From contig JASANG010001519.1 in the NCBI GenBank assembly GCA_030248215.1, positions 310,001 to 374,000 on the forward strand: a stretch of DNA of 64,000 nucleotides, read 5' to 3'. Source of the stretch: Enoplolaimus lenunculus. Its lineage: Eukaryota. Made by a program: the position numbers and the translations under genes. Positions 37,946 to 50,100 of this stretch are shown one piece after another. How positions within the stretch are numbered: the first letter of the stretch is position 1; each line of letters starts with the position of its first letter. The notes beneath the pieces are model-generated. The model was given only the letters and a program-made list of their open reading frames with translations. It searched no databases and was not told the DNA's origin.

Positions 37946-39912
37946 CAACAAAAGTGTACTTAGGTCACCCTGCTGAGAAATCGCCAGTTTGGCCCGTGTA
38001 AAGATCAGGGGCGGAACGTGATTCTGTGGGACTGCAATAGAGTAAGCTTAAGCTTTAGACTAATTTTTTTTGCTTCCCTTAGTCATAGGTTTAGGCTAAG
38101 GCTTAAGAATAAACTTCTAATACTGTTCCGCCCCTGTTCTTTACATTGGCCGCCAGTTTTTAGTATCTTTGAAAAAAACCGGTTCGGTTAAAATTGAACA
38201 ATAGCCGAAACAAGTTGGCATCCCAGTATATACGTTTCTGTACCTAGAATTGAATGTTAACGTCCAAAAAGCTAACTACACCGATTGAACCGGATGAATA
38301 TGTGTTGAAAGTACCATAGCTACCATTTAAAAATTATAATTTATAAACATTTCCACTGGTTCAAGGTTCATCGTATCAATCAAGCGACAAACTGAATGGT
38401 TTAAAACGCTGGCGAGCGCATTCGTTTGGATCGCAACCAAACGTTGCATCCGAAACTTGTGGCACAGGCATTGAACCTCGTTCCCTATCACCGAATCCTG
38501 GCGTACCCCCATCGAAATGTGAACAAAACGTTAAGAAACAAGAATCTGTCGAAGATATGCTGAGCCTTCTACGACAGGCAGCTGTCACAAGCACCAATGG
38601 ACAACTTACGACCCTTTCACTTAGTCCATTTGCGAACGCAACCGCCAATAATGCCGAAAAATTTTCAAACCCGCAACTGACCGGGCCACACGGCGAGCTA
38701 GCAATGAAACGAAGCCAGTCTGGAAAGCCACGGAAATATACGGCCGATGTCCGACGGCCTAGCTGCCCGCTACCGTCATCTCGATCCGGACAGTTATCAC
38801 TACCGCCGGAAATTCCTCCAAAACTAACAAAGGCCCACCAAAACGCCAAACTCGACTTGTCGCCAAGGACTCATCCAATTTCCGTCACCCAACTAGACAG
38901 TATGCCCCCAGTGCCCGAAATTGAAGGCTATAAAATCCCACGTGGATTCTTGTGTTCAGAAGAAAACGTACACGCCGCTTGTGAGCGAACAGGTAAACGA
39001 ACTTCGGCAACATCGAATAAGCCGTGTTATCAAAATCTAGATTCGGTGGTTCACTTACCTCACTCGACCTTATTAAACGGGGACATTTTCGGACCAAATC
39101 GTGACAAATCAGAGCCATCTTCGAAACTAAACACTAAGCCTTGCCCAACTGGAATTCAGGCGTACGACTCAACAAGCGAAGAACACTACAAACTGCTTAA
39201 ACCAAGCTGCGCCCACGAGCAAGCAAACGACGACTACGCAGTACTGCGGGCTGTTGCCGGTGGCACCATAAACTCTCCACGACAAATATCTGAACCGCAC
39301 TCATCAGACTATCACGAGTATAAAACCCTGTCTTCGTTCACAAGCACCGGATCCTCGAATGACACAGATACGACAAATAACGCTATTTTTTATGATGGTA
39401 CTTACGATTCGCTAAGCCGTGTTTGTAAAAGTCTTAAAAGTCAACCTGGACAGCTTACAAATGCGCCGCCGTGTTCCACTATACTAGCACAAACCCTGCA
39501 CGGTGAAGAACGGCCCCCAGCGTTACCCCCGAAGTCTCCAAAACAAATGATTTCAACACTTGACCGTCCGAGGGTTCCTGCGAAACCACCGGCTGTTGTG
39601 CCAAAACGAACCATGACATCTGACGACGAACGCAGCGTCACCGCATCGGCTGAAGCAAATTCAAGTACGAAGCTTCAAAACAACCAAACTGCGAAAGTTG
39701 ATTTATCAAATATTCATCGAAGTTTGGACAATGGTTCCAAATCCGAGACACCCCAGTCGACGCCAACTGCGTCAGATGTGGCCGAAAAAGATGTCCAATC
39801 AAAAAAATGCAAGCTTCGTAGTAAACTACCGACGTCTCAAAAATCAACTCCGCGGTCAAAACTGCTCCCAAAAGCGAAACTGTTACAAACTGGACACGAG
39901 AGTAATGTGTGA
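30815..39912 (+). CDS. Uncharacterised Pro/Ser-rich, probably disordered protein with tyrosine and proline docking motifs (~606 aa if 3 exons)
   Basis: Exons 30815-30891 (ATG...AG|gtaatg), 37438-37634 (ttttcag / G|gtatgc) and 38366-39912 (1.5-kb open frame) join in phase 2 then phase 1. No folded domain recognised; the first exon is tentative. Confidence 0.6.
34446..34788. mobile_element. MITE with TIR CTCTCTAAAA and TTAAAC/GTTTAA subrepeats
   Basis: TA-flanked TIRs; copies near 7300-7707 and 52680-52925. Confidence 0.7.
35958..36235. mobile_element. Harbinger-like MITE (GCCCTATTCACAC...), TGCA-rich
   Basis: TIRs; copies at about 14499-14760 and 46981-47276; superfamily tentative. Confidence 0.6.
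37438..37634 (+). CDS. Internal exon (LSAAYDKPVAKSPP...FADLISG)
   Basis: ttttcag acceptor, gtatgc donor, open frame, in phase with the terminal exon. Confidence 0.75.
37889..37950. repeat. (CAA)n microsatellite
   Basis: Direct reading. Confidence 0.97.
37991..38151. mobile_element. TTAGGC-MITE subfamily B copy
   Basis: Perfect 8-bp TSD gccagttt, TIRs intact. Confidence 0.9.
38366..39912 (+). CDS. Large terminal exon, Pro/Ser/Thr-rich
   Basis: 1547-nt stop-free, GC-elevated frame containing the 451-aa ORF; ends TGA 39912. Confidence 0.85.
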
Positions 39913-40946
39913 TTTGTCAGAAATATTGGCCAATGTTACTTTGAGCGACGTCCCTTGACTATAAGCACGTCACTAAGTATACGCCTATTAAGTCTAATCC
40001 TTAGAATAAACAGTGCTTGTTACTTTAAGGGGCGTCCAAGTTTCTGGAGAGTCCATATAAAAGAGTAGGATTAGATTCTAGATTACATTTTTTGCTTGCC
40101 TTAGGCTTAGGCTTAGGAACACATTTTTGCGTCGCTTAGACTTAGGCTTAGGAACACATTTTTGTGACGCTTAGGCTTAGGCTTAGGAACACATTTTTGC
40201 GACGCTTACGCTTTAGGCTTAGAAATACGCTTAATCTACTGTTACGCCCCCTAAGGTAACATTGGCCGAGTAAACAAAAGCCTACAACTATTAGCATAGG
40301 CCTACTCATCAAATAAAAGTCTAAAGTTGAAGCTTACTCCACTTGAGTCGTGCAGAAAAACGGTACGTCCCTTCAAAGTAACACGGACCAAAATGTGTAT
40401 ATTTTTTCGAAAAGTTCTAAATAAAATATGGCTAATATTTTCAAGTCTAAAACCGTGTAACATGACTTGAATGCAAGCCTGAAATAATATCCTAAAAAGT
40501 TTTCAACTTCGTAAGTCCAAATTGATCAAACCTGCAAACTCAAACTTTAGGTTAAAATTAGTTTATAAACAAACCTATCCATGCCATAAGTGTAGCTTAA
40601 TATTACACGTGCATATGCAAACAGTGAATATTGCATGCAACCAGGCAAATCCCACTTCGCTGAAGCGAGCTCGCGAATAATAAATCTTACAGCAGATAAA
40701 GTTGTCTTTACTTGGGGAAAAAGTATTTAAAATTTTTACCCCTCAGGCTCGAACCCGTAGCTAAGGGGGGCAGGGAGGGCTCAGCCATCCCTGGAAAAAT
40801 TTTAGCCTCACTAGAAAATTTTCAACCTTGCTCGTAAGTCATTGAAAAGCCTTAAATGCCCGTTGAGAAAAAGTTTTAGCCCTCCCCCCTAGCAAGGTGA
40901 GCTGGGTACGGGACGGCACAGGCTGGTGATAAAGAATAAAATCGCT

Positions 40947-41174
40947 CTAATAATAGTGAACGGTTAGCAGAAAAGTTCGAATTTCAAACGGTTTTAGCGT
41001 TATATTTAGCGCTGAAACATTCTCTTCACTCGTAGTACTCTTGTCGGCAAAAATGTTTCGATGACCTGAACCAATTGTTGTCTTCCAGTGTAGCCGCGAG
41101 ACCCTCGATTTGAGTTGATTTGCACTCAAGTTGAGCTCTTGTATTGAGTCAATAGCGAACGGTGTGAAGAGGTC
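40947..41174 (-). CDS. MAN2B1: Mannosidase terminal exon (DLFTPF...[16 protein letters not shown])
   Basis: Conserved C-terminal LxPxEIRTF, TAG stop. Confidence 0.93.
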   Translation of the reverse strand, partial: DLFTPFAIDSIQELNLSANQLKSRVSRLHWKTTIGSGHRNIFADKSTTSEENVSALNITLKPFEIRTFLLTVHYY

Positions 41175-44100
41175 CTGAAATATTAGTGTGTGAACGGATC
41201 GTAAGTTAATGCCCGTCATATTTTGGCGCAGGTACATCAAAATGCTTCAGTAACTGTAGTTTAATGAAAAACTGGTATTTTTTAATTTAAAGAGCAAATA
41301 GTCAGGGTTTAACTGGAGCTCTCAGTTTCCGGCTAAAATCGGTGCCCGTTTCTGTTACCGTTTATGTAGTTTAGATTTTGGGCACTCGTAAAGATCAGCG
41401 GCGGAACGTTTTGCTGTCGGACTAGAATAGAGTTAGCACAAGCTTTAGGCTAATTTTTTGGTTGGCCTGGGCTTAGGCTTAGAAATAAACTCATTCTTAA
41501 ATTTAGTCTTAGGCTTTAAGGCTTAGGAATATGCCTACAATACTGCTCCGCCCCTGTTCTTTACATTAGCCAGATTTTGCATAAAGTGTCATACCTTCAA
41601 ATCAACGCAAGCATCATTCGATAGATGCGAATGCTCGTTGCGTTGATAAAAGTGTTCTAATCGAAGCAAGACTTGACCCGCTTTCCACGGTTCCAGGGTC
41701 AAAATGTTTACGTTGTCCGGTAGGTTTCGTTTCAAAAGCGAATTCTGAAATTAAACAATGGTAAACAAACGTGATTTTAGCAATAAATCTTAATACAAAA
41801 TTTTGGTTTGATCTTCAGTGAAGAGCCGCAGTGCCATGGTATGGCTATCCTTATTGGATCTGCCAGTGGTGTTTTATTATGTTTACACTTCGAATCCCGG
41901 ATATTAGTTCCGGTTTTAAACGTCTGTGTTATGCAGAAATTAATGGAAGCTATAAAACCGCATCTCCTATCCCTTCTGTTTGGATCTGTTCGTTTCGGTG
42001 ACCGTAAATCCAACTTAACAGCCATCAACTAAACTGTCAAATATACGTAACGTATCAGCTTTCCTTTCAACCTTAAGCTATTATGTTCAGCATATACAAT
42101 GCAAATATATCCGTAAATATTTTCTCCAAGCCGGCTCGTAGCTAAGTCATCTTGCTAAAGGGGCAAAAAAGTTTTCAGGAGGGGCATTCAAGCGTTTTTG
42201 AATGAGTTACAAGCAAGGTTGAAAACTTTCTAGGGGGAGGCAAAACTTTTCAGGGGAAGCTGAGCCTCCCCTGCCCCCACACTTGGCTACGCGCCCATCA
42301 CCAAGTCAAATAAGTTCGTACAAAATAGTAGTTAAAACAAAATACTAAATATTTTGCAGTAAACTTTTGTTTATTTATACAGAATGCCAAGAAGACTGCA
42401 TCGCTTTGAACGCGATCTATTGTCGATTGCTACAAGTTGCGGGCTGTTACCACCAGTTTCATCTGATACAAGCAGAAAATATCAGACCTGAACTGGTTGC
42501 CTAGACAGATACTAAAAATTGTTACGATTTTGCTAAATTTCCATACAAAAATCGTGTCATATAAAAGTAAAACACTATTTTAAACTGTTTCCGCGTTTGG
42601 ACCATGTAAAGATAAGGCGCGGAGAGATTGTCTGTAGGACTAGAATTGAGTAAGCTGACGCTTTACACTAAATTTTTTACTTGGCTTAGGCTTAGGCTTA
42701 GGCTTAGGAATATGCTGATTCTTACGCTTAGCGTAGGTTTAGGCTTTAGGCTTAGGAATACGTTTATAATACTGCTCCGTCCATGTTGTTTACACTGGCA
42801 CTTTAGCAACATTGTTTTCAAAACGTATTTCTGTACGCAGAAACTGTCAAAAGACAGCTGGTGTAGCTAAAATGCTATTCAGTAAGCGCAAAAATGCAAT
42901 TTTTTACCATATAAACGATTTTTTTCCAAACGCTAAAATTATTTAATGTTTTTGACAAATATGTTACCGTTCCGCTTCGAACGCGAGTCGTTGGCCGTCG
43001 AAAACGAGGGTTGCTACTGCTGAAAACTTCCCCGTCGCGAACAGGTGAAAATGACACCACTGGTTCGTAAAATAATCGCATGGCGTATGGTCGATGAACC
43101 CGCGAAGCGTCTTCACTTTCTGTGATGAACAATCGATGACGTCCTGTATAAAAACAACGGCCAGTGTTACTTGTAGGGGCGCAACAGTAGATTAAGCGTA
43201 TTCGTAAGCCTGAGTCTAAGCGTTGCAAAATTGTGTTCCTAAGCTTGTTCGCTCTTTGTGACAAACAATCGATGACGTCCTGTATAAAAACAACGGCTAG
43301 TGTTACTTGTAGGGGCGTAACAGTAGATTAAGTGTATTCCTAAGCCAAGCATAAGCGTTTCAAAAGTGTGTTCCTACGCCTAAGCCTAAGTCTAAGCCAA
43401 AGTCTAGGCCTAGGCCTAAGCGTAAGCAAAAAATGTAATCTAGAATCTAAACATGCTTTTTTATAGACCCATCAGATACCTGGACGCCCCTTAAAAACGT
43501 CGATTTCTACCGGAAACGGGTATCTGGCTGCACTCTATTGTACTTGTGGCGGGTTAGGTGTCTACGAACAGCTTATTCTACTCAATCGAAAAACCGAAGT
43601 TTTCAGGCTAGTAAATTTATACAATCATGCGAAATCACTTAGCTAAAAAATTTAACAATTTTAATCAGTTAGTTAACCTTTTGTGTGTCTGTTTCGATTA
43701 AAGAAATCTCAAAAAATGTCATTCTTTACCTCGAGCGACCAAACCGCGACCATCGGGACCCGTTTCATTCAGCGCTTCGTCTGTCCCCCAACTATCATCT
43801 TGCATTAATCGTCGATGTACCTAAAATACATGGTGTAAACGGATAGCAAGGGTAACGGATAGTGATCAAAATAACGCCAAACAAATATTACTGATGCACA
43901 TAGCTAAGATATTTTAGTTATGTAACTAATAACTAAAATAATCATTAACGCTCAATCACAACAGCTAAATGCCAAGGCGCAAAAACGAGTTCAAAAGCGA
44001 TGGACCTCTTGCAACTGCGCTAATATAATGTGAGACAAATAAATTTACCATTAATTCAACGCTTCCGTCGTGGATGCTTGATCCGCCCTGGGATCTATCA

Positions 44101-47100
44101 GTCAGTATTGTAAGCTGATGCTTTGCGTCCTGAAAGTTAGCTTGAATCCAGGGTGCAACCGGAGGTGAAAAATACCGGAGCCGCAGATCAACGGAACTTA
44201 CCGGAGCAGGAGCCGTAGGTGAGGCGAAATCAGGTAGTAAAAATGATGGTTAATTTAGCCAATGTCTCCAATATGTTAAGTTGTTTTTTACGCTAATTTT
44301 CTACGATATTTGGGAAATGATTTCCTAAAAATTGTGACAACAGTAAAACGAAACGCACTAAACAGATAAATTTTGCAAAACTATGCAAAATTTTACTACC
44401 GAAATTGCCCGAACCTTCGGCACAAATTCTGCCGAAGCCGGAGGCCGATTTTCTGCCGCAGCCGGAACCGGAATCAGATCTCCGGTTATACCCTGCAATC
44501 AAGTAAAAGTAAACTGCGCTTCAGTGAACTCATTGCTGTTCGAGAGAAAAAGTTTACATATAATCTTCATACACTTGCGCTATATATCAAAATATATAAG
44601 CGAGTCACTTTAAGCCTTCGGAACCGTTTGTGAAATTTTAAAACTGAAAAAAACATGGCTGTATGCACCGTAAAAATACGTGGCGGAAGCCTAAAAGAAT
44701 CATGTTTCATCCACTGCACTAAAAATTGTGCAAATCTCGTTGGGGCTGAGCGGTTTCAAAAGTTATCGGTTTGCTACGATGCCTATAGATTTGTTTTGTT
44801 CAATCCAAAATGGCCCACGTAAAGATCTGGAGCGGGTCGTTTTTCCGCGGGACTGCAACACAGTCAGCTTTAGTTATAGACAATTTTTTGCTTAGGCTTA
44901 GGTTTAAGCTTAGGTATAGCAACATCCTTGCGGTTAGGCTTAGGAATAGGATTATCCTTGCGCTTATTAGCTTTGGAATATGTTTATGCTACTGTTACGG
45001 CTGCTTATGCTACTGTTACGGCTGCTTATGCTACAGTTATGGCCTAGATCTATGAATTGGCCTTAAAAACGATAATGTGTCAATTTATATATTTGCAGTT
45101 TTGCAACGGATAGCCTTACTTTAATAAATATCCGTGATACGATTGGGTAATAATTGCCAGACACTGGATCAGTATTATTATAATTATATGTAGGTTGATA
45201 GTTTTTGCTGAAAAATCAAAACGCTTCATAATATACGTGCAAGACTAAAAGAATCCTATATTTACATGAAGACAGAACCGCAAACGCTGATTTCAAAACA
45301 CTTTTCGTTTTGCAAAAGGCGGGTATATGTCTTAGACCAATCTGCTATTCAGGCCAATTACCTATTGGCCTAGACCAACCTGCCATTCTGAGCAGATCGG
45401 CCTAGGCCAAATAGCGATTGTAAAATGTAGCAAAACAACAATTATGTAAAACTAAACGCTGATTAGTTACTGATGTTTAGTCTGTCCAAATAATCAAAAA
45501 TGATTGGTTTAAATTTAATAGCACTTTAGCCTGGCGAAATTTCTATTACGTAAAATAGCAGATTGGCCTAGGCCAATAGATAAATTGGCCTGAATAGAAG
45601 ATTGGCCCACGACATATATCGATGTTAAACTAGCATTCAACAGCGACTAAAACTTGTTTAATTTACTGGCATATTGCGACACTAGCGATTCATTTTAGAG
45701 TTTCTCCACTGATAAACAAAACATTTTGAGAGATGATTTCTGAAACGTAAAAACGTTTTGAAATGGCGTTTTATATTTGCCATGATTCCTTACGCGTTAT
45801 CTTCTTTAACCAACTTCACAGTATACAGATGCAGTCAAGCGCAGTTGCTTGGATTCGACAACAATTTTTAGCTTAAACACGGTGCCGTAAGAGGCGTCAG
45901 TTTGCGCTAAATGAGGTCGAAATCGCTTGTAAACTTTCAGAGCACCAAACGTTCGAATATGGGACCAATGTAGACAGCAGGGGCGGAACAGTATTATAAG
46001 CATACTTTTAAGCCTAAGCCTAAGCCTAAGCCTAAGCCTAAGTCTAAGCGGGAAAATGAACATATTCTTAAGCCTAAGCCTAAGCCTAATGCAAGCAAAA
46101 AATTAGTCTAAAGCTTAAGCTTACTCTACTGCAGTCCCACAGAGAAGCGTTCCGCCCCCGATTTTTACATTGGCCGAATATTGTATAAACTACGTGTATT
46201 AACACGAATGGCTTACATTCGTTTCATTATTTGTCGGCCGTTAGCATCGGTATAGAACACACCCGAATTTGAAATATTTGATGTTGTAAACCGACTAATC
46301 ACTTCTTTACCAACCAATCCAGAAGAACTAAAATTAACCATTTAGTTTTTTAATAATTTTACATCATTTTAGAAAAATTTCTACGTTTATCAAATTGAAA
46401 AATTATAACTCAAACAACGCAAAAATGCATTTGCTTCGGGTCGTGTCTATATTTTCAATCCCAAAGTTATTCTGTTGTAAAAAATTTACACGTTCGACAC
46501 ACTCGGGATCTTCTCAGACCATTTCATACCCAAATTTAAGCTTTTGAAAAGTTAATTTTAAAATATATACACTACAAAAAATGGTGAGTCAAATTGACTC
46601 CCTTCGAAATACGCTCTACGGGACTACACAAACTGAGACAAATTCGACTCCGCCAGAGTCAAACGTGCGCCTAAGTGAGTCGAATTTTAACTCTGTCAGA
46701 GTGGAATTTGACTCTGTTTGCGTAGTCCCGTAGAATCAATTTCTGACCGTTTCAATTTGACTCACCATTTTTTGCAGTGTATTGTTGCTTGTGTTTATGA
46801 TTCCTCTTCATGATTTATTTGATAATCGCAAACTACTTGTAATTGTAAGTTTTTTCTTGACTTATAAACTTCTAACAAAAACACAAAATTTCATTGTTGA
46901 GTCGACATAATGTGAAATACATTTCCCTAGCGCTGAGTGATATGAATAATTATAGGTTCTAATATATCATGCAACGTAAAGCTTCATTCACACGTGCAAG
47001 TTTTTGCAGCGAGAACTCGCAGCTGCAACTGGCACGAAACACATGCAGTAGCAAGTACTTTCAAAGAACATTCCGATTGACCAATCGAACTGCAGGAGCA

Positions 47101-50100
47101 AGAAATTCAAGTGACTTGCAACAGCGTTCACAGGTGCGAATTTTAAATTCAATAGCAACAACTCCAGTGAAGAATTTGCAGCTGCAAGAACTTTGAACCT
47201 GCTTTGTGACCAAGCTTGCACATGCAATTTGCACGTGCAAGTTTTTGCTGCAAAAACTTGCACGCGAGAATGGGGCTTATAAGTAAATGCAAAAACACTT
47301 ACTCGACAGGAATTGGTCCTACGGTCCATTCAAATTCAACATACGGCTGGCCTTTATACAACCGCACGACTTGGCTGATCCAAGGACAAAACTTTTGGTA
47401 CACTTGTTGAACAAGTCGACCCTGAAATGAACAAAAATGTGATCGTTAATATTTATATAATTCATAATTAAAGGGGCCGATGTTACGTCCTTATAAACAA
47501 TGTAAGAATAAAAACGTACACGTGCTTCTGAAGTCGAACAGCTTACAAAAGCGTTTCATCAGGTACACTCTACTTCGTGTTCATAATATAGCATTTTATT
47601 AGAAATTACTATGTTCCACATCAGTTGTGGTGTTTTAAAGAATTTATATTTATTTACAAAAAAGAGTACGTAAATTAAACTTATAACGGCGCAAAATGTA
47701 CCAACACGCGTTGCAGTTCGGTTTAATTCTGTTATATTTGACGTAGGTTCAAGATTAGCAACTTATCTTTCACAGCGCAACGAATCTGCAAAGTGTTCCC
47801 TCGATAAACGGAGGGTGGCCTCAAAATCGCAACGCGTTCTGGTGCATTTTGTACCGCTGTTCGTTACTTGCATGACTCAAAAAATTGCAAATAGCAAAAT
47901 ATTAAGCATGAATTGTGCAACGCAAATAGCAATATTTAAAATGAGGTATTCGAACAAGATTCTGCTTAGTCAGGGTGCAACCGGAATTACGGTTCCGGTA
48001 GAGAAATCCGATATTTTTCAGCATTCGGTTCCGGTAAGAAATTTTCGGTATTTTTTCATCAGAATTTTCGGGTATTTTCGGTATTGAAAATTTTTTATCA
48101 TTCGAAAATTTAAGAAAAATTAGCATATTATTCTAACTTATTTATCTAAAGTTGTCCGAGCGTGCATTGCCAAAATTTTCAGTTAGTGCCATACTCCATA
48201 ATTTATTATACGTTTCGTCCTACTTCATTTGTTTCAGGATTTTGGCATTCTAAATGGCGTGTTTACAGCATTCAAGCGAAAAAACAACGCTTAAAAATGA
48301 ATTTTTCGGTAACAAATATTTTTTATTTTTCGGTTCCGGTATTTTTTAACTTTCCGGTTCCGGTTCTGGGGTTTTATAATTACGGTTGCACCCTATGCTT
48401 AGTGCTTTTGAAATTTCAAGTAAGTATCTGCGCGGTTGTGAGCGTATATGCTAACCGTAATACTCTCTATTGACACTTGATGCGCATCTGATACCGCTAA
48501 CGCATTGCTTCCGTTAGAATAAAACAGGAACATTCCTAAAATAAAAACGATAACAAATCTTAGCTGTTTCGTAGCTTAGATTTTGCTTTGCTTTCGTTTT
48601 AGAAATGTTTCTGTTTTGGCCTAAAAGGGAAACGACACTTTTGCAATATCAAAAGGATCAATTCCGGTAGGATACAATAGGAAGATTTTTAGACCGAAAG
48701 CATAAGGTATTCTAACCTTTTCGTGTCTTAGAATTATTGATTGTACAAGTTTCGATGATACATCAAACGGCATGGTACCGTTTGGATAGAAAAGATACAT
48801 GCCTAAAATCAAGAGTGGATAATGACAAGAGTGTGTAACTCTTGGAGTTTTGCATGGTGCAAAGTGTACCACCGGGCGTTGTGTTTTGGCCGACCCTCCC
48901 GTTGTTTAGAAGGGAGTCGCTATCACATGAATATATCTAAATTAAACTATAAGAGAAGCATGTTTGATGCCGCATACATAAACTGTCATGGTTCGTGCTG
49001 GCTGTGTCAACCTCTAAATAAAGGGGGCGCGGCAAAAACGCAACGCGTGCCGGGTACATTGTTTTCTACACAGAATGTACCCAGTTGCACACTCTTCTTA
49101 AGTATCGATTATTCACTCCTGCTAAAATTAATACACATTAATTTTTTAAAAGCCGATGTTATTGGTAAAGGCAAATACAACAAAATGTGCTGAATTTTAA
49201 ACCTCTCCATTCGCTGGTTTGGAAATAACAATTACAAGATCTATCATCAACTTGTGACCGATGCTACACTGTAAATTCCGATGAGTTGATTAGTCAACGT
49301 CAGAGGACGAATTAGTGATTTCTGGCTAAGTTTGAGATAAAACAAAACATAAACTCGCGCTGGGCTAATTTAATTCCGACTAAGCTGATTCATTAACTCA
49401 GAATGACTTCAATCAATTCAGAATTCTAAGTTCTGAAAGATATAACACAGAGCTCAGGCTTCTGAGTGACTTCAACTCATTCTGCGTTAAAATGAACTCA
49501 CTGGAATTTACAGTCTACACCCATTTTGAGAATACGAACCATGATATAGTAATGTGCTTTAGTATGCATGCTAACTAATCCAGAATACTAAATTAGGAAA
49601 ATTTTTTAAAACTGAAATTGTTACTTAACTGTCAATATGATTCAGCCGCTTTTATGTGCAGGATAACTTTTAGCTTTAAGTCAAGTTTTCAAGACGCCAC
49701 AAAAGGTAAAACGTGAATACATTACACTGTAAATTCCAATAACTTTATTAATCAATTCAGCTAGTGAGCTGGTTATATCTGAATTAATATCAGTTACCGT
49801 TAGCTCCCTCTGAATTGAGTTAATTCTGACTCTGAGTTGAGTTGACTCTGGGTGAGTTGATTAATTAAATCAGGCCGAATTGAATGAACTCAAAATTTTG
49901 AGTTCTGATAGTCCAAACTCAGACTGAGTGATTCAACTCATTCTGAGCTAAAATCAACTCACTGAAATTTACAGTGTAGTTTTGAATAAATCCGCATAAA
50001 CAAATTACGAGTGTACCTGACGGACGGTAAGTGGTATTTGGAAGCCGAATCATAGGTTTGTACCAGAAAAAGTTTTGTTCCAAAACGAATCTTTTACGCA

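Noticed and set aside
38376..38849. 157-aa antisense ORF (and 38885, 39441, 39638, 39698)
   Set aside because: Shadow frames of the GC-richer real exon; no independent support.
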